In this document: positions 40,920 to 55,479 of the stretch, piece by piece
How the letters are laid out: each line of letters begins with the position of its first letter
Numbering within the stretch: position 1 is the first letter of the stretch
NCBI RefSeq assembly: GCF_009914755.1
Contig: NC_060930.1
Strand: one strand, 5' to 3'
Length of the DNA: 64,000 nucleotides
Source: the human T2T-CHM13v2.0 reference genome, Homo sapiens
The notes under the pieces: model-generated
The model's database searches: none
Told to the model about the DNA's origin: nothing
What the model saw: the letters and a program-made list of their open reading frames with translations, nothing else
Program-made: the position numbers and the translations under genes

Positions 40920-43900
40920 TTATTTTTTATTTTATTATACTTTAAGCTCTGGGGTACATGTGCAGAACGTGCAGGTTTGCTACATAGGTATACACCTGTC
41001 ATGGTGGTTTGCTGCACCCACATCATCTACATTAGGTATTTCTCCGAATGCTATCCCTCCCCAAGACCCCCACCCCCAGATAGGCCCTGGTGTGTGATAT
41101 TCCTCTCCCTGTGTCAGTGTGTTCTCATTGTTCAACTCCCACTTATGAGTGAGAACATGTGGTGTCTGGTTTTCTGTTCCTGTGTTAGTTTGCTGAGAAT
41201 GATGGTTTCCAGCTTCATCCATGTCCCTGCAAATGACATGAACTCATCCGTTTTTATGGCTGGGCATAGCATTCCATGGTGTATATGTGCCACATTTTCT
41301 TCACCCAGTTGTATCATTGATGGGTATTTGGGTTGGTTCCAAATCTTTGCTATTGTGAATAGTGCTGCGATAAACATACATGTGCATCTGTCTTTATAGG
41401 AGAATGATTTATAATCCTTTGGGTATATACCCAGTAATGGGATTGCTGGGTCAAATGGTATGTCTGGTTCTAGATCCTTGAGGAATTGCCACACTGTCTT
41501 CCACAATGGTTGAACTAATTTACACTCCCACCAACAGTGTAAAAGTGTTTCTATCTCTCCACATCCTCTCCAGCATCTGTTGTTTCCTGACTTTTTAAGG
41601 ATCACCATTCTAACTGGTGTGAGATGGTATCTCATTGTGGTTTTGATTTGCATTTCTCTAATGATCAGTGATGATGAGCTTTTTTTCACGTTTGTTGGCC
41701 ATATAAATGTCTTCATTTGAGAAGTGCCTGTTCATATCCTTCACCCACTTTTTGATGTGGTTGTTTTTTTCTTATAAATTTGTTTAAGTTATTGTAGATT
41801 CTGGATATCAGCCCTTTGTCAGATGGATACATTGCAAAAATGTTCTCCCATTCTGTAGGTTGCCTGTTCACTCTGATGATAGTTTCTTTTGCTGTGCAGA
41901 AGCTCTTTAGTTTAATTAGATCCCACTTGTCAATTTTGGCTTCTGTTGCCACTGCTTTTGGTGTTTTAGACATGAAGCCTTTGCCCATGCCTATGTCCTG
42001 AATGGTACTGCCTAGGTTTTCTTCTAGGGTTTTTATGGTTTTAGGTCTTACGCTTAAGTTTTTAATCCATCTTTAGTTAATTTTTGTTTAAGGTGTAAGG
42101 AAGGGGTTCAGTTTCAGTTTTCTGCATATGGCTAGCCAGTTTTCCCAACACCATTCATTAAATAGGGAATCCTTTCCCCATTGCTTGTTTTGTTGGTTTG
42201 TCAAAGATCAGATGGTTGCAGGTGTATGATGTTATTTCTGAGGCCTCTGTTCTGTTCCATTCGTCTATCTGTCTTCGTACAAGTACCATTCTGTTTTGGT
42301 TACTGCAGCGTTTTAGTATAGTTTGAAGTCAAGTAGCGTGATGCCTCCAGCTTTGTTCTTTTTGCTTAGGATTGTCTTGGCTATCTAGACTCTTTTTTGG
42401 TTCCATATGAAATTTAAAGTAGTTTTTTCTAATTCTGTGAAGAAAGTCAATGGCAGCTTGATGGGGATAGTATTGAATCTATAAATTACTTTGGGAAGCA
42501 TAACCATTTTCACAATATTGATTATCCCTATCCATGAGCATGGAATGTTTTTCCATTTATTTGTGTCCTTTCTTATTGCCTTGAGCAGTGGTTTGTAGTG
42601 CTCCTTGAAGAGGTCCTTCATATCCCTTTTAAGTTCTATTCCTAGATATTTTATTCTCTTTGTAGCAATTGTGAATGAGTTCACTCATGATTTGCCTCTC
42701 TGTTTGTCTGTTATTGGTGTATAGGATTGTGATTTTTGCACATTGATTTTGTATCCTGAGACTTTGCTAAAGTTGCTTATCGGCTCAAGGAGATTTTGGG
42801 CTGAGACGACGCAGGTTTCTAAATATACAATCATGTCATCTGCAAACAGAGACAATTTGACTTCCTCTCTTCCTATCTGAATACTTTTATTTCTTTCTCT
42901 TGCCTGATGGCCCTGGCCAGAACTTCCAATGCTATGTTGAAGAGGAGTGTGAGAGAGGGCATCCTTGTCTTGTGCCAGTTTTCAAAGGGAATGCCTCCAG
43001 ATTTTGCCCATTCATTATGATATTGGCGGTGGGTTTGTCATAAATAGCTCTTATTACTTTGAGATACACTGCATCAATACGTAGTTTATTGAGTTTTTAG
43101 CATGAAGGGGTGTCGAATTTTATCGAAGGCCTTTTCTGCATCTATTAAGATAATCGTGTTGTTTTTGTCATTGGTTTTATGTGATGGATTACATTTATTG
43201 ATATGCGTATGTTGAACCAGCCTTGCATCCCAGGGATGATGCCGACTTGTTTGTGGTAGGTAAGCTTTTTGATGTGCTGCTGGATTCGGTTTTCCAGTAT
43301 TTTATTGAGGATTTTTGCATCGATGTTCATCAGCAATATTGGCCTGAAATTTTCTTTTTTTGTTGTGTCTCTGCCAGGTTTTGTCATCAGGATCATGCTG
43401 GCCTCATAAAATGAGTTAGGGAGGATTCCCTCTTTTTCTACTGTTTGAAATAGTTTCAGAAGGAATGATACCAGCTCCTCTTTGTATCTCTGTTAGAATT
43501 TGGCTGTGAATCTGTCTGGTCTTGGACTTTTTTTGGCTGGTGGGCTATTAATTACTGCCTCAATTTCAGAACTTGTTATTGATCCATTCAGGGATTTGAC
43601 TTCTTCCTGGTTTAGACCTGGGAGAGTGTACGTGTCCAGGAATTTATCCATTTCTTCTAGATTTTCTAGTTTATTTGCGTAAAGGTGTTTATAATATTCT
43701 CTGATAGTAGTTTGTAATTCTGTGGGATCAGTGGTGATATCCCCTTTATCATTTTTTATCACATCTATTTGATTCTTCTCTCTTTTCTTCTTTATTAGTC
43801 TGGATAGCAGTCTATCTATTTTGTTGATCTTTTCAAAAAACCACCTCCTGGATTCATTAATATTTTGAAGAGTTTTCCAGGTCTCTATCTCCTTCAGTTC

Positions 43901-44260
43901 TGCTCTGATCTTAATAATTTCTTGTCTTCTGCTAGCTTTTGAATTTGTTCGCTCTTGCCTCTCTAGTTCTTTTAGTTGCGATGTTAGAGTGTCAATTTTA
44001 GATCTTTCCTGCTTTCTCTTGTGGGCATTTAGTGCCAGAAATTTCCCTCTAAACACTGCTTTAAATGTGTCTCAGAGATTCCGGTACATTGTGTCTTTGT
44101 TCTCATTGGTTTCAAAGAACATCTTTATTTCTGCCTTAATTTCATTATTTACCCAGTAGTCATTCAGGAGCAGGTTGTTCAGTTTCCATGCAGTCGTGTG
44201 GTTTTGAGTGAGTTTCTTAATCCTGAGTTCTAATTTGATTGCACTGTGGTCCGAGAGACT
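40920..44260 (-). mobile_element. 5'-truncated L1PA (~3.3 kb; disrupted ORF2 plus 3'UTR)
   Basis: ORF2 peptides ([35 protein letters not shown]) in several broken frames; primate L1 3'UTR. Confidence 0.95.
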
Positions 44261-44336
44261 AAATGCCTATACCAGAAAAGAAGAAAGCTCTCAAATTATC
44301 TCAGCCTCCACTTTAAGAAGTTAGGGGGAAAAAAAG

Positions 44337-44591
44337 GGCCAGGTGTGGTGGCTCATGCCTGTAATCCCAGCACTTTGGGAGGCCGAGGCGGGCAGATCAC
44401 GAGGTCAGAAGTTCGAGACCAGCCTGGTCAACATGGTGAAACCCTGTCTCTACTAAAAATACAGAAATTAGCTGGGTGTGGTCGCGGGCTACTGGGGAAG
44501 CTGAGGCAGAAGAACTGCATGAACCCGGGAGGCGGAGGTTGCAGTGAGCCAAGATCGCGCCACCGCACTCCAGTCTGGGTGACAGAGCAAA

Positions 44592-44638
<47 letters not shown>

Positions 44639-44768
44639 CGGGGGGGGGGTTGTGAAACTCCGTGTGCGTGTGTGTGGCGGGGGGGTTGTGAAACTCCGTG
44701 TACGTGTGTGTGTGTGTGTGTGTGTGTGGCGGGGGGGGGGGGTGTGAAACTCCGTCTCAAAAAAACAA
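44337..44768 (+). mobile_element. AluS carrying an internal compound repeat
   Basis: Alu consensus interrupted at ...aaaactc by (TG)n/G-run units. Confidence 0.9.
44590..44757. repeat. Compound VNTR: 3 units of aaactc(c)-(TG)n-GC-Gn-(T)TGTG
   Basis: Read directly. Confidence 0.9.
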
Positions 44769-45559
44769 GTTAGAAAAAGAAGAACAAATGAAACCCAAAG
44801 TAATAAATAGCCCTATGTATATTACAGAAATTGGGTTTTTCGTTGACCTTTCAATACAGAAAGATCAGGAGGGTCAGGAGTCTTCACTGAAGAATTCTGC
44901 TGAAAGTTTAGGAAATAAAAAATACTAGTTGTACACAAGGTACCCCAAAAACCAGTGAATAATTCCCAACTCTATGAGGCCAGCATGACCAATATCTAAA
45001 CCAGATAAATACATTACAAGAAAAGAAAAATACAGACCAATATCTCTTATAAATATAAATGTAAAAATTCTTAACAAATGGAATCCAAAGATAGATAAAA
45101 AGGAAAATACATCATAACCAAGCGGGTATATCCCAGGAATAACATGGTAGGTTTTACATCTGAAAATTCATCAGCTACCTAGAATAGAAGTAGTTTCCAC
45201 AATCTAAAAAAGGCAACTACGAAAAACAGCTAACATCACACTTAATGGTGAAAGGCTGAAGACTTTCACCTAAAACAAACTAGGGACAAGAGAAGGAAAA
45301 GGATGTTTACTCTCACTGCTTCTATTCATCACTGTATTGGAGGCTCTATTTACTTCAGTAGAAGGCAAGAAAAGGAAATAAAAAGACTCTATACTGAAAA
45401 AGTAAATCCACCTTTAATCACAGACAACATGATCGTTTATGTAAACAATCCTATTGAATCTACAAAAAAATACCTACTTAAACTAATAAGTGAGATTAGA
45501 TTGCAGGATACAAAACCAATTTTATTTCTATATATTTAAGAACGTTTTGAAAATATGCA

Positions 45560-45900
45560 TTTTTTAATCGACATAATTGTCATATTTGTGGGGTATAATG
45601 TGATATTTAGATACATGTATATAATGTATAGTGATTAAATTAGAGCAATTAGCATATCCATCATCTCAACCTTTATCATTTCTTTGTGCTGTTAACATTC
45701 AAATTACTCTCTTCTAGCTATTTGAAAAAAATATAATTATTGTTTATTATAGTTACCCTATAGTGCAACAGAACACTAGAACTTCTATCTAGCTGCAACT
45801 TTCTATTCCTTAACCAACCTCTCTGTATTCGCTACTTCCCCCAGCCTTCCCGCCTCCAGTAACCACTATCCCAAACTCCACTTTTACGAGCTAAACTTTC
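45560..45900 (-). mobile_element. L1MA-type 3' end
   Basis: ataattgtcatatttgtggggtataatgtgatattt...aattagcatatccatcatctc. Confidence 0.7.
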
Positions 45901-46679
45901 AAAAAACTTCATTTTTGCTTAAGTGGTGAGACTCCTTCACCCAGTCAGTTAAGGAGATCGAAATGCAAAAGGTCAAGCACTACTCAATCACCTAAATGGT
46001 TATAGTGGCAAATGTTTTTCTGAATTGTTCCTGAAGTTAATCTATACACTTTTTCTCATGAGATGGGGAGCATTTAGGAACAGTTTCTATAGCAGTTATT
46101 TTTCCCATTTTCTCTGCTTTAACCTAATAATCCAGTCTCCTCCTATGAAAGTTATACGCAGTGTGAAAAAAAACACATTTTTTCTCATGTAATTTTGGAT
46201 AATATATTTTCAGAAGTAATATACAACATATAATTTTTACTTAAGTGATTTGAAAGGTATCGCTGACCACACCATATCCCAAACTAAAAAGTTCGGCAGG
46301 TTTACTTTCAATTCCATCCAATTGGACACCAAATCCCATGAAGTCTGGCTCTGAAATAGCCTCTACATGTGCCATCAACATTTTAAAGGCCATTACTCTC
46401 ATCTGCTTCTTCAAAAACAGAAATGTTATATATTTGATTCCAATTTAAGTACTATATATGTTATAGAAATTTGTATATACAAACATTTTTACTTTTAAAT
46501 GACAGTTATGCTGCTTTAGAAACAAAAGCTGCTTAGTTTCTCTTCTGTTTTATACAATATCAAATGCACTGATTATCAAAAACTTTATAATAAACTCATA
46601 AAGAAACCAAAGATTATTTAAGATACTGGGTAGGTTATTTACTAAAATGCCTCCATTATTACCCTTCCTATATTACTAA

Positions 46680-46980
46680 TGCCTCCTGTCAACGTGATTT
46701 TGCTGTTTCCACTGGCCAGAAGTGAAGTCCACTACTGGTCTAGTGACTAACAGAATATAATGGAAGTGATGTTGAGCCAGTTCTGAGTCTAAGCTTCAAG
46801 AGACTTCGTATGCTTCATTCTTTCTTAGAATCCCACCCAGCCACCACTCGAACAAACCCAGGCTAGCCTCCTGCAGGATGACAGAACATGTGGAGTAAGA
46901 CAAGCCATCCTGCCGTGGCCCATCCTATGCCACCCAGCCCCCACCTGCTACCACAGACGCATAAATAAGCCTAGCTAAAG
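46680..46980 (+). mobile_element. MLT1-type LTR fragment
   Basis: gaagtgatgttgagccagttctgagtctaagcttcaagagac...cccaggctagcc. Confidence 0.5.
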
Positions 46981-47226
46981 AATTAGCCAAATGAGCAACT
47001 TGAGTTATTTTGAATTATTCCTTAGTCTGATTCTACAATATATAAAATTGAGAAATATATATTTTATTATATTATGTCAATAATTTTCTGCATTTTCTAT
47101 TAACTTATATCCAATGGAATGGTATTCAAAAAAAAATAACATCAACTGATTTCCATTGTTTGAGGGAGGGCAAATCCATGTAAGTAAAACTGAACTTTAG
47201 TCCATTTTTTAAAAGTATTAATTTCA

Positions 47227-47500
<274 letters not shown>

Positions 47501-47743
47501 TTAATTTCAATTATATAAAATTGCACCTATATTAAATTATAGGTATTAAAAATACACATCCAACTGGGCCTGTACTTATTCGTATGTAACATTCACTTGT
47601 ACCAGAAACAACTAATATTTTTAAGTAGCTTTTTCCTAAAATCAATTAAAACTATCTTCCACAATCCTTCATTTATCAAGTATGGAAGTATCAAGTTTTA
47701 AGGCATATACTAATACCAGGCTCTTTTCAAAATGTTGGGAATA

Positions 47744-48124
<381 letters not shown>

Positions 48125-48947
48125 CTAAGCAAAATCTTGTGAAATTTCAACTATTAAATGCGTTTAAAGGTTGAAATTAGAATTTTAAGGCTAAAACACC
48201 TACTACGTTATCCTATGCAAGCATATGAAAATAAGTAATTACGAGCACTGGTTAAGAAAAAAAGCCTCCTGGAATTGCTTCCCAATTATCATGATATACA
48301 ACATATTTAATTATCCCAAAAGCATACATAAATGATGTAGAATATACGTTAAAGAAAATATAATGATGTAACATGAAGGTTTACTGCTCACAATACTCAG
48401 GAGACTGTCTATTAAGTATAAATAATTTTTTTTCAGAGCTTAGGTACTCAAACCCTTAAACATTTTAGAACGTCCCCCAAAACTGCCATAATTCTTAACT
48501 ATAAGTCATTTCATTTTACACATTCGTCATTTTTGTAGTTTCTGTGGCTTCAGACCTAGCATACATTAAAGGAAATGACTGCTTTAAATTAGCTTTCCAA
48601 CTGGATAGTTCTCAAGGGTTAAAACACGAAGACATTATCTTGTAGCTCTAATAGCTGATTAGCATTGCAGCTAACCCGCTACACGTACAGAAAAGACAGA
48701 ATGGAGCTTCCAAATAATGAAATAATTCACTAAAATGAATAGGAGGGATGACAGAAATCAGACAGATAAACCATCAGTTCTAACAGTACTTCTTTAAAGG
48801 ATTGGGATTGAGGAGGGGCAGAGATGTGACATCAATGAATCTGTAAGGTTCTAGATCTTAAATTCTATGTAGTGGACATAAAGTTAATTGTTTCATTAAT
48901 CTAAATTTCTGTAGGCCTGAAATATTTAATAATTTAAAATAGACTCA

Positions 48948-49097
<150 letters not shown>

Positions 49098-49325
49098 CTA
49101 AAATATTTAAAGAAAATATTTATATATTATCATATTTTCCCAAAGATTTATATTAAAAAAAAAGAACTCCCTCTTTGATTTTTTAATACTTTCGGAAATC
49201 ACACTATGAATACAACATAACTTGGACAATTTCAAGGAAGTTCTAAAGGAAATGTATACATCTAATGAAGAATTAATGACAACAGAACGTTTATCCTGGC
49301 AAATTATAAAACTATATAAGATCTT

Positions 49326-49625
<300 letters not shown>

Positions 49626-49861
49626 TTATTCCCATTACCTTGTGGAAGTGGAAGTGGAAGTTTTCTGGAAATGAGATTAATCATTAAGGGAGTAATACAA
49701 TGTAGGAATGTGCCATGGCTTAACTAGACAAACATTAGCAGGAGATTTTCCACAAGAAAATAAAAGCAGTATCTGTAGTATTCAGACTTCAAGTTGACAT
49801 GCATCACATCATCACTTAGTTACATTAGAATTTCAAAATCACAAATATTTTCACTCAGTAG

Positions 49862-50276
49862 TGAGACAACCAAATGCCTAGGCAGATAAAAAGGGGTCCT
49901 TGGAGAATCTCTGACCCACTCCACAAGTGTGCAGATGCTTCTGTGCAGATGAGGAAACCTGCCCAGGGCTCATGTGGGCATGCCCATAGCTGACTGGAGC
50001 CCAGCATGCGTTCTGGGGGAAATGGGTGGAGCCATGGGGAATTCCTGCCTTATGCGGGGGAGGAGCCTGCTCTCTTCAGCTCACCTGGTGACCTGGAAAT
50101 CAATCTGTGAGGTGGAGGACCTGTTAGCAGGGCTCTATCTTGCTTTGATGATTGTTTGTTTGTCTGTTTCTTTTTTCCTTTTCACCCAATAAATTCCTTT
50201 CCAATCACCCTTCAAGGTGTCTGCATGCCTAATCCTCCCTGGTCGTGTGACAAGAACCCAATTTTTTTCTACAACA
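49862..50276 (+). mobile_element. Solo ERV1-class LTR (family uncertain, MER48/LTR29-like)
   Basis: TG...CA ends, 4-bp TSD GTAG, internal AATAAA at ~50188. Confidence 0.75.
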
Positions 50277-50478
50277 GTAGTAAGTATATCCATAGAAAAT
50301 GGAAAATATATAACCATCTACTAAGTAGATAATTTGGATGAAATATATCACTTAGAAAAAATTGCTTAGAATGTAAGAAAGGTTTCAGATATTTAAATAA
50401 ACCAACGGTAGAAACTAACATGGCAGATATCCTTATATTTCTTCCGTTGAAAAAGCAGCAAACATTTAAAAATATTGG

Positions 50479-50936
50479 TGTTATAGGTTTGACTGTATTC
50501 CTTAAAAAGATAAGTTGAAGTCCTAACCTCTTGTAACTTCAGAAAGTGATCTTATTTGGAAATAGGGTCTTTGCAGATGAGTCAAGCTAAGATGAGCTCC
50601 TTAAGGTAAGGCCTAATTCAATGTTTGGTGTCCCTAAAGAAAGGGGAAATTTTGGACCTACGTACACAAGGAAGACTATGTGAAGAGACACAGAGACAAT
50701 GCCATGTGAATATCAAAGTAGAGATTGGAATGACACATCTACAAGACAAGGAAAGCCAAAGACCAAAAGCTAGGAGAGAGGCATGGGACAAATTCTGCTT
50801 CACAGTCATCCAAAGGAACCAACTCTGCCAACACCTTGATTTCTAACTTTCAACTTCCAGAACTGTGAGACAATTTCTGGTGTTTAAGCTAGCTCATTTG
50901 TGATACTCTGTTATATCATCTCTAGGAACCTAGTAT
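50479..50936 (+). mobile_element. MLT1B/C LTR
   Basis: ttatttggaaatagggtctttgcagatg and ctgccaacaccttgatttc...ccagaactgtgagac. Confidence 0.75.
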
Positions 50937-51994
50937 AACTGGTAAATCAAATAGGAACACAGTTCTTTGGCAAGCCAAAAGATGTATAAACACCACAAAG
51001 CAACTTCAAGAGAATTCAAATGTGTAGTGATATTTTTATCCTTTACTTTCCAAAAATGCTATTAATAAGACCTTCAAAATAAACCAGTAATTGCATAACA
51101 TCAACCAGTCACAGATTAACTCTTTGAGATGACTGTCAAGTAATATTAGGATGGGATGTTTCATGCAGGAGACAGGATAGGATGAACAGACTAAGGATAG
51201 AGATCAGTTGAAAAGAAGGCACATACTTTTGTCAGATGGGAAGATATTTCAAAAGTGACACATAGTGTTACAGGGGCAGGTTAGACATCTGCCTCTGAAT
51301 TTCATTCTCTCCCTTGCCTAATATACAATAAGGGCTGATATTCAGCCAGTATGCATCAGTACAGATAATGTTAGCTGTTAGAATACTGAAGTAGTTTCAC
51401 TGTGGTTGGTAACTAACTGCTGTTTACACCACTGTGCGGACTGTCTCTTTCACTGTCCAGGCCACTCTCCAGAATGCCCCATGATCCAACAAATAACACA
51501 GTTACTCCCCAGCACAAGTGACCTTCAGGACCCCGCTCCATCCATAAATAGGCATCCTTTCTGATTAGCTAGTTCTTGTACAAGTCAGTCCCGCAAAATC
51601 TTCCCAGTTAAACACTACCTACAATCTTATTTATACTTAATTGGCAGAGCTAACATTCAAACCCAGGCAGCCCAACAAAGGAGCACCTGATCTTAAGGAC
51701 CACATTATTCCACTGCTTCTACTATTGAGACAGGTTTGCAGCAGAACTGGTTTCACAAGATACAGGTCACAAAGACCTGGCTTATAAAATAGGATGGGGT
51801 AAAAAAGCTGGCCAAAACTTGCCAAAACCAAGACAGCCATGAAAGCGACCTCTGGTCATCTTTACTTCTCATTATATGCTAATCATAATACATTAGAATA
51901 CTAAAGTAAACTCCCACCAGTGCCATAACATAGTTTACAAAGGCCATGGCAAAATCCTTAAGTCACCCTATATGGTCTGAAAGGTGAAGGAGAA

Positions 51995-52024
51995 TTCTGG
52001 GAATTCCTTGCCACTTTCCTGGAA
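51995..52024. promoter_or_regulatory. Two GAS (STAT) motifs TTCnnnGAA in the MER41 LTR
   Basis: TTCTGGGAA at 51995-52003 and TTCCTGGAA at 52016-52024. Confidence 0.5.
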
Positions 52025-52146
52025 AATTCATGAATAATCCACCTCTTGTTTAGCATATGATCAAGAAACAGCCATAAAAATAGCCAACCAGCAACCCTCA
52101 GGGCTGCTCTGCCTGTGGCGCAGCCACTGTTTCATTCCTTTACTTT

Positions 52147-52149
<3 letters not shown>

Positions 52150-52180
<31 letters not shown>

Positions 52181-52452
52181 GAGACGCAGTCTCACTCTTG
52201 TTGCCCAGGCTGGAGTGCGATGGCGCGATAGAGCTCACCGCAACCTCTGCCTCCTGGGTTCAAGCGATTCTCCTGCCTCGCCCTCCTGAGTAGCTGGCTG
52301 TAGTACCATGCCCAGCTAATTTTGTATTTTTAGTAGAGACGGAGGTTTCTCCATGTTGGTCAGGCTGGTCTTAAACTCCCAACTTCAGGTGATCTGCCCG
52401 ATTCGGCTTCCCAAAGTGCTGGGATTACAGGCATGAGCCACCGCGTCCGGCT
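52150..52452 (-). mobile_element. AluSp-like
   Basis: Reverse Alu with poly-T, inside the MER41. Confidence 0.9.
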
Positions 52453-54473
52453 CTACTTTCTTAACAAACTTGCTTTCCCTGTACTGTCGGCTCGCTGTTT
52501 TCCTTCCCGCACAAAGCCAAGAACCCATGTGGCCTCCCAGGCTGAACCCCAGTTTTGGGGTTTTCCCTGTGGCACTATGGCCTAATTAGGTGTTCCAAAT
52601 TTCATCATAAGGACTAGAAAACTGTTTTGAAAGTAACTGTTCTCAGACTGTGAGAAAAAATTTAACACTATAAACAATATTATTAACAGAAACTCTCTAC
52701 TTAATGAAACTCCGCATTACCTACTGATTATCAATTTAATGGGTAAGTCATTTGATAAAATCTCTTTTGTCAAACTGTGGCTCCAACAGGAAATTTATTA
52801 AAGCTAGTAAAAGCTAAACAAAAGAGCATTATCACTAATTCCAAAACTCAAAGTAGGATTTGGAAATGCTTAAAATGATGTGGTGAATTATTAAATCTGC
52901 TATAATTTATAATACTAATATTTCATTTACTTGGGAGATTAAAAATAAATATCTATTTTTATTTACCTACTGAGTTATACATTATTTAAATCCTAATAAC
53001 AGTTGACATGTACTTTAAGTATTGGTTTTTGTATATTATATTATTTTGTATATTATTAGCATGCCTAACAAAAATCTTCTAGGCTAGATTAAGGATTTAT
53101 GGTCTCCTCTTCCAAAGATCTAAAATAGGTAGATTCTCTATTTCCAATGACCACACACCAGCAGTCATCCACACCATATTATTTGAAGCTATATTTCACC
53201 TTATACATCTTGTGCCTATTTCAGTAAGACAAGTACCTAGGCAACAGATGATGATCTTCTCAAGAAGACATTAACACTATTTTACTCTTCACAAGTCATC
53301 TGCTAAAAAAAATTTCCCATGGCTGACAATTACCTTAAGAAAGTGGCTTTTCTTTTCTTTTTCTTTTTTTTTTTTTAACGTTTCTTGGCATCAAGAAAAA
53401 GATTAAACAGAAGGAACAACTAGGCATAAAGAGAAACAGCAACTGACAACACTATTTGCTTTCATAGCACTTTGAACCATTGGCAGGATGGACTGCTAAA
53501 GTACTTGCCAAATACTTCCATAAATATACACAAAACAAAATATGAGAATGTATTATTCTGTGTTGTAACTCCCTTGATCTAAACCCTTTAGAAATAAACA
53601 AAAATTGAGAGCTCTGAAACTGGGAAAACAGGAATAAAGAAAAAGGATTCCTTTCCCTGTAATTAAGATACAATATATTTAAAATTTACCAAACCAGCAG
53701 CAGTCTTCCTTATGATAGTCTTCCTTACTAAACTTAAACCCTGATTCATAAAATAGTTAATAGAGAGAACAAAACCTGACATCCTACCAAACGCTGTAGG
53801 TTGACTTAAAAGTAATTTTTTAAATCCATGTGTATCTACCTACCTCTAAACATGACAGTTACGGAGACATTTTACCTTCTAAGGAGAATGGCTTTTATAA
53901 TGAAGCCAGCATCTATACTACATTAAATGAAGTTATAGAATGGAATTTGAAGTACCTAGCAAAATTCAAGAATAAAAAAATCATATTGTGAAGTCTCAAA
54001 CAGCAAGGCAACTATACCTTTATGATTTTGCATTCTCTATAAACAACTGATACACTACTAAAGGCATACAGAAAAGGAACAACTAATGAAAATGTATTTT
54101 CATTATAATTGACAGTCTAGGTTCCAGTCTTGACAGAGCTAAAAGAAAATCTGATAGAAATAACACAGAATCATTTTGCACTAAATGTGGAAATAAATCA
54201 GGTATCTACCCCGGAACCATTTATCTTTTGAAAGTCCTAAACAAAGGTGGAATAGTGATAAGGGAATTAGATGTGTTCAAATTGATTCTTCCTCACATTT
54301 CCACATTACAATCTTACAGAGAAGTTATTCAAAAACTGTCAATTTAATGTGTCTGCAAAGGTTAAAGGTTTTCTGCCTTTATTTATAAGACAAAATTATC
54401 TTCTCTTACACATTTGATGAGTGTTTTTATATGTATCACATAGGCTAACAACTTATAAAATCTTACTAGTATC

Positions 54474-54780
<307 letters not shown>

Positions 54781-55479
54781 TTCTTACTAGTATCAATTAT
54801 CTATTAAGTTTCAAGTATTATGCCCAAAAGCAGTGAGGAGAAAAAGCCCTTTCCCTCTGACTATGATGCCATAGCAACTTTGAGTATACATAAATATCTA
54901 CTTTTAAAGTTCTAGATGGCACTGTCTTAGCTTTAGGACATTAATATATGATTGTGGAAAAGGAGGAAAGCCAAGCGCAATTGCCTTAAAACCTTCAGAC
55001 TAAAAGTTATTGAAAATGAAGCACAATATAAATGTTAATGTTTTCTTTTGTTTTATTATAGACCAGGAGCTACTGTGGCTTGCAAACTATGTTCTTGCAC
55101 AATACTGGCTAACATGAAAAAATAGATGCAGAGTGACAGTATCACTCTTGGATGTAATAAAATCCAGGCCAAAAAAAATCATTAAATAAAAATAAAGTTT
55201 TATAAAACTTTATAAGGTAAAAGATAAAAGTTACCACGAAGATAAAATAATCACAAATGTTTACACATTTAATAGCATATCTCATATGAGAAAAAACTAT
55301 TAAGAATAAATGGAGACATAAACCCACAATCATATTGCCAACTTTAGCACACCTCTAAGAAAGACACCATGTAAAGTGGGGATCCAGTTCACTCTTTTTT
55401 TTCACAGCCTGCAAACTAAAACCGGAATTAATATTTTCAAATGGTTGAAAAAAATCAAAAGAAAAATATTTTGTGCAAC

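Larger units (their letters stand above)
51726..52574 (+). mobile_element. Solo MER41-family LTR interrupted by an Alu
   Basis: TG...CA ends with 4-bp TSD CTAT. MER41 motifs: aagatacaggtcacaaagacc, gacctctggtc, catgaataatccacc. Confidence 0.85.

Noticed and set aside
41132-44056. Long minus-strand ORFs (up to 194 aa)
   Set aside because: These are broken L1 ORF2 fragments, not host genes or an active element.
44246-44773. 175-aa ORF with CV repeats
   Set aside because: Chance read-through of an Alu plus a (TG)n repeat.
52581-52590. CArG box CCTAATTAGG next to the MER41 LTR
   Set aside because: Several matches are expected by chance in 64 kb of AT-rich DNA, and I saw no supporting motif cluster.
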